Under the pieces are notes generated by a model. It was not told the origin of the DNA. It did not search any database and worked only from the letters and a program-made list of their open reading frames with translations. The position numbers and the translations under genes are program-made. From Bdellovibrionales bacterium (GTDB lineage Bacteria; Bdellovibrionota; Bdellovibrionia; Bdellovibrionales; JAUICD01), in assembly GCA_965203275.1 (NCBI GenBank), contig OZ241865.1:1376001-1440000 (forward strand): a DNA stretch of 64,000 nucleotides. The letters run 5' to 3'. Numbering within the stretch: the first letter of the stretch is position 1; each line of letters starts with the position of its first letter. Below are positions 53,162-63,182 of the stretch, piece after piece.

Positions 53162-53344
53162 GCCTTTCTACAAAGCTATCTCAAAAATCCGTTTATTTTT
53201 AGTAGGAAGAATCCTTTCCTCTTTTTTCAGTTTTAGGACCTGATGCCGGGTTGCCAGATCCCAGAAGAAGGATCCCTTTTATTCTGAAAATTGGTATACT
53301 CCTTTAAATCCATACCAGCAAATCTTATAATTTAAAAAGGCAAA

Positions 53345-53637
53345 TTATTTTTTCAGCTTGAGAATGTCATCTTTAGACAAACCTGTCATTGTAGAGATCA
53401 ATGAAATATTGAGATTTTCTTTCAACATATTTTGTGCCACTTTCTCCATTCCTTCCTTACGACCTTTCTCTACCCCTTTTTCCATCCCTTTCTCCATTCC
53501 TTTCTCCATCCCTTCCTTACGACCTTTCTTCATCCCTTTCTCCATTCCTTCTTCATAAGCACCCTTTTCTCTGGCTGCTTGATCTTTTCTGTCTCTCTCT
53601 TTCACCATTGCAAGCTCCTGTAATGTCTCATCTTTTG
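53345..53637 (-). pseudogene. C-terminal fragment of an Rpn gene truncated by element A
   Basis: KDETLQELAMVKER...NMLKENLNISLISTMTGLSK matches the C-terminus of 20998-21975. Homology stops at the element head near 53638. Confidence 0.8.
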
Positions 53638-53975
53638 TTTCCCTAAAATTGAACTAGCCGTCATTTTCACTCAAAATGAGCCACACCTCTGGTGTGTTTT
53701 TGGGCATTGCTCTGACAGCTATCGCTGTCTAAAAAGAGCAATGCCGCAAAAAACTGCTCATTTTGAGTAGAGAGGATCTCTTCGTTTCTTAACACCATGT
53801 TAAGGAAAAAGAGTTCTTTCTGATGCCTGACTGCCGGATCCCAGATCCCGGAATCCCGGATGAACACCATTTAAGGAAAAAGTTCCTTTCTTTTTGTTTT
53901 TTTATTTTTTTAGATTCTGCGTAACTCTCAAAAAATGAATATTATGAGTGGGAGGCGAGGGCAGACTGAAGGAGT
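53638..53975 (+). mobile_element. Structured-repeat cluster 8: stacked head, full A, heptamers, half of module B
   Basis: CACACC-tct-GGTGTG variant. gattctgcgtaac B start at about 53913. Confidence 0.75.
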
Positions 53976-54237
53976 TGGCTTGATGTGTGGGTTTGTTTTT
54001 GTTGTGAGCTTCTTGTTGGCCTTTTATAGATGAAAGTCCAGAAGTCAAAAGAGAAAGTGTCTCATTATGGATCACAAAATGGATCACAAAATGGATCACA
54101 AACAGATTTTTTATCTGATTTTTAAATAAAAAGTTTTATTATTTTAAAACTTCTGACGATAACAATTATAGGTTTAAATAACTTAGTAAATAGAATTTAT
54201 AAAAAATAATCCATATTTCAAACAAGGAGGAAGTCTT

Positions 54238-56330
54238 ATGTACACTACAGCGTTTCAGCAAAAAATGCGGGGGGGGGGGGGGGGCAGTGCGTCAAAATGT
54301 CTGTGGTCCTCATTCTGTCTTGTTTGCAGGTGTTTTTAGAACCTGTGGAAGTCTTTGCCAGGTCTGATACCTCTCGCGTAAAACCATCTAAAGTTACAAA
54401 TACCAGAGTTAGTAATTCCCGATCTAGTAGATCAAGGGTTCAACGTTCAAGAGCTTCAAATGCCAGAGTTAAAAAACGCACTTCTTCTAGAGCAAGAAAA
54501 GAAAACAGGGTAAGAAGACAAAACACAAGATTATCTCTTGAGGCTCGCTGGAAGCGATTGCCTGTCAAACAAAAAATCAAGTTATATCATTCTATGGTCA
54601 GAACTATGGCTGTCTTAGAGTTATCTCGTCGTCAACGTTCTACAAAAACATCCTCCCTTTATCCATTTTGGCAATTATTTATAGCACAAGCTTATGCTCA
54701 AGCTCCATTCTCTGAAAAATGTTTTTTTGGAGGACATGTTTTAAGTGGTTGTCGTTGGGGTGCTGCAAGGAGAGACTCTAGTAAAAGATGTACATTAACT
54801 GGTGAGTATGGTGCTATTCTTAATGGTATTAAATGTAATAGTGAAATATTCCCTACAGCCCCTTGTGTTCAGGATTTTAGAGATGTAGGCGGAACTCGGA
54901 GAAAAACCTATAGCACCACTCAAGCTTGTGCCTATGCTGATGCTCAATTGATAGCAGATCAATTAAAAAATAGTGGCTCTCTTGATCTTGATGCGATCAC
55001 TCCAGAGCAGAAAAATGCCGTTTTTTGGGATCAAATCATACCCGGTGACTTATGGGCTTCAGGTAACCCCGAAGACTGGATTGAACAAAGAGATCAACTT
55101 ATCAAAGACACCTTAGGCGGGAATGATGCAATGACTCGATACAATGTAGCTCTTTTAAATGCGACAGATGGTAATATTGTAGAACGACTTGAAGATGTGG
55201 AAGCAGCGTGTAGGCTTAACCATGTACAAAATCCCTTTGAACAGAAACACTGCGATGTATTTATAAATGATTTTAACGTGTTAAAAGAAGCAAAAGAGCA
55301 GAGGAATTGTTTTAAATTTCATAAATTACCTGGGGAGCATTTCTGTCAAGTCAGAACCACAACTGGTGTTAGAGATGACGCTACTCATAAATATCGTGTT
55401 GTACGCCTGGAAAAAAGCGGAGATGATGAACAGAGCAGGTTAAAAGCTGTTGTTTATCAAAGCGAAAGCGGTCCGGCAGGAGACTACTGTTTGGATTCCA
55501 GTTTCACTGCTCATGATAAACATGTTGATAATACGCAGCTGACTAATTTTTCCAATCTGACTTATCCATCACAAAAAGAACCAGGACTTGCATGCAATCG
55601 AGGTCAGAGCCATAGTGCAAGCTTTACCTATCAAGGCCATGAGATTGAAATAAAAAAAGAACATGGTCCAAGCAATCGTTGTTTATTCGATGATGATATT
55701 GATGATATTGATAGAGATTTAGGCAATGATCAGACTGATCTGTTTTTCCCAGGAATAGCAAATGATGAGAATAATAATATTTATAAGACAGCATTAGAAG
55801 AATATAATAATACAAAAGATCAAGGAGAAAATAAGGATAAATGTATAGAACCATATCATGTCGCCCTTCATGAAGCAGGGCTTCTCTTTTACAAAGCATG
55901 TCCAAATCCAAGTAGCAGAGATAATCTTGTTGCACGGGATCCGAATAAACAAAGTTCTGAATACGATGTTTTCAAGCCTTTATCTTCATGGTTAGCGTTT
56001 CTTAGCTATAAAGATTTTGAGACATTCTCCATTTTTCCTTCTACAAATAAAGAAACTGCTAAACCAATAAATTTTATAATCCCTAATTGTAGTGATGATT
56101 CTGCATGTCGTAAAAATTTAACCTTTATGGACTATTGGTGTGGTATTGGAAATGCCCCTAGTGCTGATGGAACTGAATGCACTAGCCCGGATTCACCAGC
56201 AGGTGAGGGAGAAGGCAGCAATACTTGGACAACAGGATTAGCAAATGAACTCAGACATTGTTCTGAAGCTACACAAGCTCCTCCCGCCAGAAGAAGAGCG
56301 GGTGGTGCTACAGATGGTCTTAGGCAGTAG
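54238..56330 (+). CDS. Secreted Cys-containing family protein, copy 3 (G16 tract)
   Basis: RBS-preceded ATG 54238 is out of frame with ORF 54297-56330 across G16 (54269-54284). Confidence 0.72.
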
Positions 56331-56505
56331 GAGGTGAATAAAGCTTTTTTACAAATAACTTAGCTTCTCTTTTTAGAAAGCTAACTCTTACGATATGTAG
56401 GTAGAGTATATAGAAAACAATAAATATTTCAAACAAGAACAAAAAGGAAGTCATTATGTACACTATAAATTCAATGTTTCACCAAAAAATACACAGGGGA
56501 GGGCA

Positions 56506-57963
56506 ATGCTTCAAAATATATTAATAGCCCTACTTCTACCTTGTTTACAAATATTTTTAGAGCCTGTGGAAGTCTTTGCCCAGTCTGATGCCTCTCGCGT
56601 AAAAGCATCTAGAGTACAAATACCAGAGCCAGTAATTCCAAATCTAGTAGCAAGGGTTCAACGTTCAAGTGCTTCTAATACCAGCAGGGAAAAACACTTT
56701 TTTTATCGACTATCACTAGGCACTTTTGATAACTCTGAGAGTACTTTGCCGACGAATGAGAATGATCAGAGATGTGACAAATTAAAACACTGCACAGAAG
56801 TTAAGGAAGGCAATGTTTGTATTATAGAAAGTGGGCAACATAAGCTAATAGGAAGAAGTATTGAGTATTCAAATGACTATGTAGCAACTTATACTTGTCC
56901 TAAGGATTCACTAACATATTTTATTGAAGACAAAACCAATATTAATGGTATTTTGGATGCACTTAATAATGTAGCAGGAGAACATTGTACAAAAATAAAA
57001 AGATTGTATTTATCAGGACATGGAGTTCCAGGTTCGCTAGCTAATGGTTTAAATAAAGATAATGTCAGTCAGTTAAAAGATTATAGTTGCCTTATGGCTG
57101 ACAATCCTATAGTTGACCTAACTGGATGTAATGCTGGTAAAGGCTGTGCAGGAAAGTTTTTTATGCAAAAGACAGCTGAGACTCTGTTTCAAAATACACA
57201 AGGAACAGTTATTTCTCCTAATGTAACTACATATTTTGGACATGATGTGGGTATTTGGTCAAACAGAAACTTTGCATATAATTCTTTAACATTTACACCA
57301 CCGCCACCTGAACCTTCTCAAACAAATTGGGAACAGCTAAATAATCCAGTGGCTTTCCGTAACACTAGAACTGAAAGTGATAGTTATCAAGATAGCATTA
57401 TGGCAGGGATATTAGGAAAACCTATTGAAGATAAAAGTTTGCCAGATGAATGTATTGATGAGATCCGCGAAAAACAAAGGGCTGTTATTAGAGAAATGAG
57501 TCCAGCTATCGATAGAGGGTGTAAACCATTAATACAATGTACTCGAAGGGTAGCTGGCAAAGTTGTACATCCATTTTCAAAGTTACTAGATCAAAGCAGA
57601 TTATGGACGAGAGCTAGAAGTGCTTCTGGAATGAGGGGCTATAATCAATCTTCAACTTTTGAACAAGCAACCCGTGTGATAGATCAGCTGGATACAGTTC
57701 ATAAACAATTAAAAGATTGTGGAAGGTATCTTGTAGGGCATGTAATAAGCAGGCCTCCTGATGAAAATTCTTGCATCCATCCCATCACTCTCGATCGTTG
57801 TGTAAGTTGTATAAGATTTAGTCAAACCCAACGCACCCTGTCTGGTAGAAAAAAATGTGTAGAGACTTATAGAGAAGGTTGTGATATCACTGATTATTTT
57901 CTACTACCAAATACACCAACAACAACAACAAGAAACAGAAGCCGTGGTGGTGGCGTAAGATAA
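56506..57963 (+). CDS. Family copy 4: shared leader fused to an unrelated DUF4347/clan-CD-like (His-Gly...Gly-Cys) domain
   Basis: LEPVEVFAQSD leader, then LYLSGHGVPG...VDLTGCNAG. Confidence 0.6.
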   Translation: MLQNILIALLLPCLQIFLEPVEVFAQSDASRVKASRVQIPEPVIPNLVARVQRSSASNTSREKHFFYRLSLGTFDNSESTLPTNENDQRCDKLKHCTEVKEGNVCIIESGQHKLIGRSIEYSNDYVATYTCPKDSLTYFIEDKTNINGILDALNNVAGEHCTKIKRLYLSGHGVPGSLANGLNKDNVSQLKDYSCLMADNPIVDLTGCNAGKGCAGKFFMQKTAETLFQNTQGTVISPNVTTYFGHDVGIWSNRNFAYNSLTFTPPPPEPSQTNWEQLNNPVAFRNTRTESDSYQDSIMAGILGKPIEDKSLPDECIDEIREKQRAVIREMSPAIDRGCKPLIQCTRRVAGKVVHPFSKLLDQSRLWTRARSASGMRGYNQSSTFEQATRVIDQLDTVHKQLKDCGRYLVGHVISRPPDENSCIHPITLDRCVSCIRFSQTQRTLSGRKKCVETYREGCDITDYFLLPNTPTTTTRNRSRGGGVR

Positions 57964-57987
57964 TAGCACAACAAAAGGAGATGCAAT

Positions 57988-58719
57988 ATGTTAAAACATG
58001 TTCAAAGTATTTCAATGAAACAAAAAATGCTTTTTGTTGTTATGATCATAATGAGTTTGCCTTATTTAATTTCTGCTCAAGAGCTGAAGAAAACCCAAAA
58101 GCAAAAAAACGAGATCACATATATTAAAGAGCCTCCGCGTAAGGATTTATATAGAGAGATTACACGTACGACAGGTGTATCCTTAAAAGAAATTTCTAAT
58201 CTTGTATTTCAAAAAGGGAGTGCTAAAATTAATCAAGCAACGTTAAATAAACTATCTGTATATGTGAACAAAACAGGAACTACTGGAATTGATAAAGAAT
58301 ATCAACAGAGGATGAATAGCATCAAGGCTTTTTGTGATCGTCAAGATCGACAGAGTTCAAGTTGTTACTCACAAGTAGAAGATTTAAAAAAAGAGCAAGC
58401 TTATTTGAAAAAGCTACAAGATCAAGCTAAAAAGGACAAAAAACTAGCAGTATACTATAACTTAACAATTTTAACCCATGCCATAAAGACTAAAATTTTT
58501 GCAACAGCCAATGAACATCTTGCAAAAACTTGCCCACCTCAAAAAATCAATTCAAATTTATGTATGGCTAAAAGAAAAGGTATCCGTGACCTTTACGACA
58601 TTGCAGATCATCTAAAATTAGTAGCTTCCGCTCAGATAAAAGGTAAGGCTCAAAAGACAAATAAAGAGACCCAAAAAATTGCAAACTATATTCATAAACT
58701 AATCATTGCTTATGAATAA
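57988..58719 (+). CDS. Hypothetical secreted basic helical protein
   Basis: RBS aaggag and signal peptide ending ISA-Q. Confidence 0.65.
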   Translation: MLKHVQSISMKQKMLFVVMIIMSLPYLISAQELKKTQKQKNEITYIKEPPRKDLYREITRTTGVSLKEISNLVFQKGSAKINQATLNKLSVYVNKTGTTGIDKEYQQRMNSIKAFCDRQDRQSSSCYSQVEDLKKEQAYLKKLQDQAKKDKKLAVYYNLTILTHAIKTKIFATANEHLAKTCPPQKINSNLCMAKRKGIRDLYDIADHLKLVASAQIKGKAQKTNKETQKIANYIHKLIIAYE

Positions 58720-58782
58720 AATTAGCTATTTCTTTCTTTTATTATGTGTACTATATTCTCTGGCCACTTGATTTTTCCTCTG

Positions 58783-58847
58783 TTTCACTAAAAGTAAACC
58801 AGCCGTCATTTTCACTCAAAATGCATCATGCCTCTGGCATGATGCAT
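58783..58847 (+). mobile_element. Stacked A heads ending in a fold-back palindrome
   Basis: cactaaaagtaaaccagccgtcattttcactcaaaATGCATCATGCC-tct-GGCATGATGCAT. Confidence 0.65.
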
Positions 58848-58902
58848 TAAGTTAAGAAGTCATCCATTATTTTTCTGATTCCCGATGGATGACTTTAACT
58901 TA
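58848..58902. terminator. Hairpin downstream of the duplicated secreted gene (second copy about 62390-62443)
   Basis: aagttaa-aagtcatccat...atggatgactttaactt inverted repeat. Confidence 0.45.
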
Positions 58903-59003
58903 GCATAGAGAAACTCACTTATAAAGACTTAATAAATTTATCAAACTTATGAAAAAGTTAAAACCATATAAGTTTTAGCTTCCTCGTCAGTTAATTTCAG
59001 AAA

Positions 59004-59480
59004 CTACCTATTAACCTCATCAGCAGTGTCAGAATGATCTGCTTGACATCTACGCATCTCTTCTTCAAAGACGTTATGAAAATTATCTATAACCTCCTGA
59101 ATTTCATTAACTCTTTGTACATCTGTCAGGTCTTCATCAAAAGCTCCTCTTCTATATTTGTTGAGCCTTCTGAGCATTGATTTTGCGATTTGAATACAAT
59201 CAATTGGCAGAGAATCTATATGATCTTTAATATTTTGAAAATCATTTCGATTAATAACGAACAATCTATCTTGGTTACTGGAATATGCAGTTTCCGCAAG
59301 AAAATCTAAAAATAAGTCAACCCACACAGATGTAGACAATACAAGGTTCCTATGATATCTTTCTCTTGCTTGAGGTGCAGTTATCTCATTTTCATTCTCA
59401 TTAACTTGTGAAATAGATTCTTCACTATAACCAATTAAGATCACTAATGATAAACTTAAAATACTTAAAATGTTTTTCAT
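59004..59480 (-). CDS. Secreted helical protein, paralog 1
   Basis: MKNILSILSLSLVILIGYSEESISQ...FEEEMRRCQADHSDTADEVNR. Confidence 0.72.
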   Translation of the reverse strand: MKNILSILSLSLVILIGYSEESISQVNENENEITAPQARERYHRNLVLSTSVWVDLFLDFLAETAYSSNQDRLFVINRNDFQNIKDHIDSLPIDCIQIAKSMLRRLNKYRRGAFDEDLTDVQRVNEIQEVIDNFHNVFEEEMRRCQADHSDTADEVNR

Positions 59481-59933
59481 AATACTTCTCCTTTTTTAAT
59501 GTTTTAATAAAATGACTTAATAATAAATAAAATCTTCCTCTACCTTCTAAAGCCCTTAAAGCTCTAATAAGTTTGACTTATAACATCACTTCAGAACAAA
59601 AGTCAAGGCAAATTTTAAATTTTTCTAAGATTTATAAAACAACATGTAAGATTTACATATTTTGAGATTCAAAGTTTGATGTTTGGTAGCTAAAAAAAAG
59701 ATGGAGGGACTTCAATTCAATAAGTTATTAAAAATAAAAAGATTTTTATATAAACAATGCAGTTGTATTTGCTCAAAATAAATGTTAAACTATGTATAGA
59801 ATATTTATCTAACTTTTTAATAAAGCCAACTACAACTATAGGATTTTTAATAATGAACGATCATAGCAATTTAGATTCTCTTATTGAAGATGAATTGAGA
59901 AAAAGTTAGTTTATTCTTATTTTGATTTATTAG

Positions 59934-60260
59934 ATGATGTATCCGATGAGGAAGAAATACCATTTATTCATTCACGTTTATGATAATAAAGGATGTTTTA
60001 TTATGAGTGAGTCTAAAAAATTAGAAGATGATTTTAATCAATTAGGTATTAATTTGAAAAACAGTCCTCATGTTTTAGAACAACTTCGGATGTTCAATGA
60101 ATTTCAAAAAAAATTTGGCATCAAGATAGAAAAAGGTGCTAATTATACTCTAAAGCATCCATTTGAAAGAATAAGGATTAACCCTAAAAAACTACCTAAT
60201 AGAAAACCTTTTCGCCTTAGTCGTCACACTTTTACTCGTAATTTAAAAAATAAACTTTAA
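59934..60260 (+). CDS. Hypothetical protein (start probably the later MSESKK)
   Basis: ORF with aagga upstream of the internal ATG. No motif recognised. Confidence 0.45.
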   Translation: MMYPMRKKYHLFIHVYDNKGCFIMSESKKLEDDFNQLGINLKNSPHVLEQLRMFNEFQKKFGIKIEKGANYTLKHPFERIRINPKKLPNRKPFRLSRHTFTRNLKNKL

Positions 60261-60283
60261 ACAAAATTATAGGAAAGTTAATA

Positions 60284-60517
60284 ATGATCGACACAAAACT
60301 TATCGATGCAAATTATGATTACTTCCAAAAAGTACTTCCAAAGCTAATGAAAAAACATCTCAATAAGATAGCCGTTGTGAAAGATCAAAAGGTTATTAAA
60401 GTTTTTAATACAGTCGCAGAGGCTCATCAATTTACACTTGACGAAAAATATCAACATGGACATTTTATCATTCAAGAAATCAACAACACAATTCATCATA
60501 TCTCAAGGATAGGTTGA
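60284..60517 (+). CDS. Small DUF5678-like protein
   Basis: NYDYFQKVLPKLMKKHLNKIAVVKDQKVI pattern. Coupled to the downstream aspartyl protease gene. Confidence 0.55.
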   Translation: MIDTKLIDANYDYFQKVLPKLMKKHLNKIAVVKDQKVIKVFNTVAEAHQFTLDEKYQHGHFIIQEINNTIHHISRIG

Positions 60518-61062
60518 TGGTGAAAATTCAAGATGCTTCTCTTGAACAACTTGGACGTCTGTCTCTTTTCTCTTTTAAACATGAATTCAAAGGTAGAGTT
60601 ACAGAGCTTAAAACACAGGGAAGTATTGTTAATTCGGAAAATGATCAACAAGTAGCAGGAGTATTTCTATGGGACACGGGGGCTACTACCTCTTGTATAA
60701 ACTCTAATCTAATTTCTAAATTGAATTTACATCCTGAAGGTACTACTCGAGTTCATACAGCTAATGGAGTAATAAAAACCTATATGTATGTTGCTAACAT
60801 TCTTTTAACAGATACTCAAAACCATAGAGCAGAAAGCTTTGATTACAAAACACTGGTTACTTCAGTTGATCTGAAAGAAGATATATTGGGTCTTATCGGA
60901 ATGGATATTATTGGCAAAGGTTCTTTTTTAGTTCATTACAATAGTATTACAGATCAGCATATATTACAGTTTTCTTTTCCTGAGTTAGAAAAATTTAATC
61001 ATTTTAATTTTAAAAATGAAGCTAAAAAACAAAATAAACAATCTTTAAAAAATAAACTTTAA
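60514..61062 (+). CDS. Retropepsin-like (clan AA) aspartyl protease
   Basis: LWDTGATTSCI, VHTANG and LIGMDII. Confidence 0.82.
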   Translation: MMVKIQDASLEQLGRLSLFSFKHEFKGRVTELKTQGSIVNSENDQQVAGVFLWDTGATTSCINSNLISKLNLHPEGTTRVHTANGVIKTYMYVANILLTDTQNHRAESFDYKTLVTSVDLKEDILGLIGMDIIGKGSFLVHYNSITDQHILQFSFPELEKFNHFNFKNEAKKQNKQSLKNKL

Positions 61063-61115
61063 ACAAAATTATAGGAAAGTTAATAATAATCGACACAAAA
61101 CGTATAAGCTTGTTT

Positions 61116-61169
61116 TTAAAATTTCCAGTTTTCTTTTTCCATAAAATTGTCTAAATTCACACACTCAAT
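61116..61169 (-). pseudogene. C-terminal remnant of a DUF4411-like PIN-domain gene
   Basis: IECVNLDNFMEKENWKF* overlaps the XRE-ImmA stop codon. Confidence 0.55.
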
Positions 61170-62346
61170 AATTTGCTTCTAAATTTTCAACTGATTTGAC
61201 CTTCATAAATAAATACTCAGCTGTTTGGTCAATAGATATTCTTTTGTTTAAGTATCTATTAAATACCAAATTGAGATATGGTTTCCCTAAGTAAGAAATT
61301 TTTGTATTATAATAATCTGCACCAGATTTCTTTTTGGCTTTTTGATTTGACTGTTCTTGAAACTCCTTTTGAATCTTCTCAATAAAATTACGGTATTCTG
61401 TTTTTGTTATTTGTTTTTTATCTAAAAACTTCCTTAAAATGACCTCTCTACTCACTTTATATGATTTTGCTAAACTTTCTGTAATATTTTTAATGGCATT
61501 GACGCCTTCAATATGAGAAGGATTGTGAGAAGAATATTTCTTTATTTCATTTTTAAGATCGTTACTTGGAACGAGAAATTCTGCTGCAAATTTATTGCAA
61601 AAATTTTCTATTTTTTTATCATCACCATCTAAATGTTTAAGGTATTGATCGCTGAATGCAAAATCAATATGACTTCCTTGATAAAGTAAATGAGCTAATT
61701 CATGGAACAATGTAAAAATTTGTTTTGTTTCAGTTGATGTGTTGTTGACACAGATAATTGGAAATGTTTTATCATAAAGACAAAATCCTGAATAATCATC
61801 GGACCTAAAAGCATTTTTAAAAACAAAAATACCTTTTTGTGTTAATAATTTTCGCCAATGGTCAAAAGCTTCTTTTGAAGATGACCATTGTTTTTGTTTG
61901 ACAATATCAACGCCTAAAAAGCTTCTTACTTCTTTAGCAAAATCTTTTACATTTATGTTTTTTTCAATCTTAATTTTTTTCGTAATCAATTGGTCTTCAT
62001 AAGGATTCTTTTCATTACATAATTCTAACAAATTCATTTGAAGTATTTTGCCTTCTCTTAATACAAACCTGACAGATGGTGGTATCGCTTTTTGTTGAAT
62101 ACTAGGAATGGTACGAAAAGATTTTTCTATGCTCTCTTCTTGAGGCACTTGTGGGAAAAAGAACAACACAAGAGGTCTTTTATATTTATCAGATAGTTCT
62201 TCTAATTGAATGTAAGTAGGATATTTAGTTCCATTTTCCCATGCAGAAATATTTTTAAATGACTTTTGCACTTGATCTATTTTAAAACCGGCAGTTTCTC
62301 TTGCCCACTTTAAAATGTCAGGGTTGATATTATTGCATTTTGTCAT
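61165..62346 (-). CDS. XRE HTH + ImmA/IrrE metallopeptidase
   Basis: INPDILKWARE...WENG..PT, FTLFHELAH and CNKFAAEFLVP. Confidence 0.88.
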   Translation of the reverse strand: MTKCNNINPDILKWARETAGFKIDQVQKSFKNISAWENGTKYPTYIQLEELSDKYKRPLVLFFFPQVPQEESIEKSFRTIPSIQQKAIPPSVRFVLREGKILQMNLLELCNEKNPYEDQLITKKIKIEKNINVKDFAKEVRSFLGVDIVKQKQWSSSKEAFDHWRKLLTQKGIFVFKNAFRSDDYSGFCLYDKTFPIICVNNTSTETKQIFTLFHELAHLLYQGSHIDFAFSDQYLKHLDGDDKKIENFCNKFAAEFLVPSNDLKNEIKKYSSHNPSHIEGVNAIKNITESLAKSYKVSREVILRKFLDKKQITKTEYRNFIEKIQKEFQEQSNQKAKKKSGADYYNTKISYLGKPYLNLVFNRYLNKRISIDQTAEYLFMKVKSVENLEANY

Positions 62347-62546
62347 AACTTCTCTTATTCTGTAAATTTCTATAAAGTTTTATAAGTATTAAGTTAAAAA
62401 GTCATCCATTATTTTTCCGATTCCCGATGGATGACTTTAACTTAACATAGAGAACCTAACTTATAAAAACTTAATAAATTTATCAAACTTATGAAAAAGT
62501 TAAAAACCATATAAGTTTTAGCTTCCTCGTCAGTTAATTTCAGAAA

Positions 62547-63182
62547 TTACCTATTAACATTAACCTCATCAGCAGTATCAGAATGAGCTGCTTGACAGCT
62601 ACGCATCTCTTCTTCAAAGTTGGTAGAAAAATCATCTATCATATCTCGTATCGCATGCTGTTTTTGTACAAAGGTCGTTCCGTACTCAAAATCAACGCTG
62701 ATTCCTCTGAGAAAAAGTGCTGTCAACAATTCTGAGGTGTGTCTGATACAAGGAGGTGACAGACGATCTATATTATTTTCAACATTTTGTAAAATCATTT
62801 GATCATCTATTACCGCATTGCTATCATTTGCACATTGTTGTGCAGAGACAAAGAAATTACATCCTTTATAATAATTTCTTAGTCCGCTTATTAAAAAATT
62901 GACTCTATCGGTACCTTCGGCATTGGCCTGTTCGAAAAGGATCTCTTGTATTCCCTCTATTCTCCCGTTATACACTTTAGAATATAAAAAATAGTCAGAA
63001 TAGCTGTATAATTTAACAGGATTACTAAAAGCAATAGTAGCAATTGTAGTAATGAATTCTTTTACATCTGCTTCATTGCTCTGGGTTGCTTGAGTAACTT
63101 CATTAACTTGCGAAATAGATTCTTCACTATAACCAATTAAGATCACTAATGATAAACTGAAAATACTTAAAATGTTTTTCAT
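62547..63182 (-). CDS. Secreted helical protein, paralog 2
   Basis: Same N- and C-termini as 59004-59480. Start placed at MKNILS after aggag. Confidence 0.72.
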   Translation of the reverse strand: MKNILSIFSLSLVILIGYSEESISQVNEVTQATQSNEADVKEFITTIATIAFSNPVKLYSYSDYFLYSKVYNGRIEGIQEILFEQANAEGTDRVNFLISGLRNYYKGCNFFVSAQQCANDSNAVIDDQMILQNVENNIDRLSPPCIRHTSELLTALFLRGISVDFEYGTTFVQKQHAIRDMIDDFSTNFEEEMRSCQAAHSDTADEVNVNR

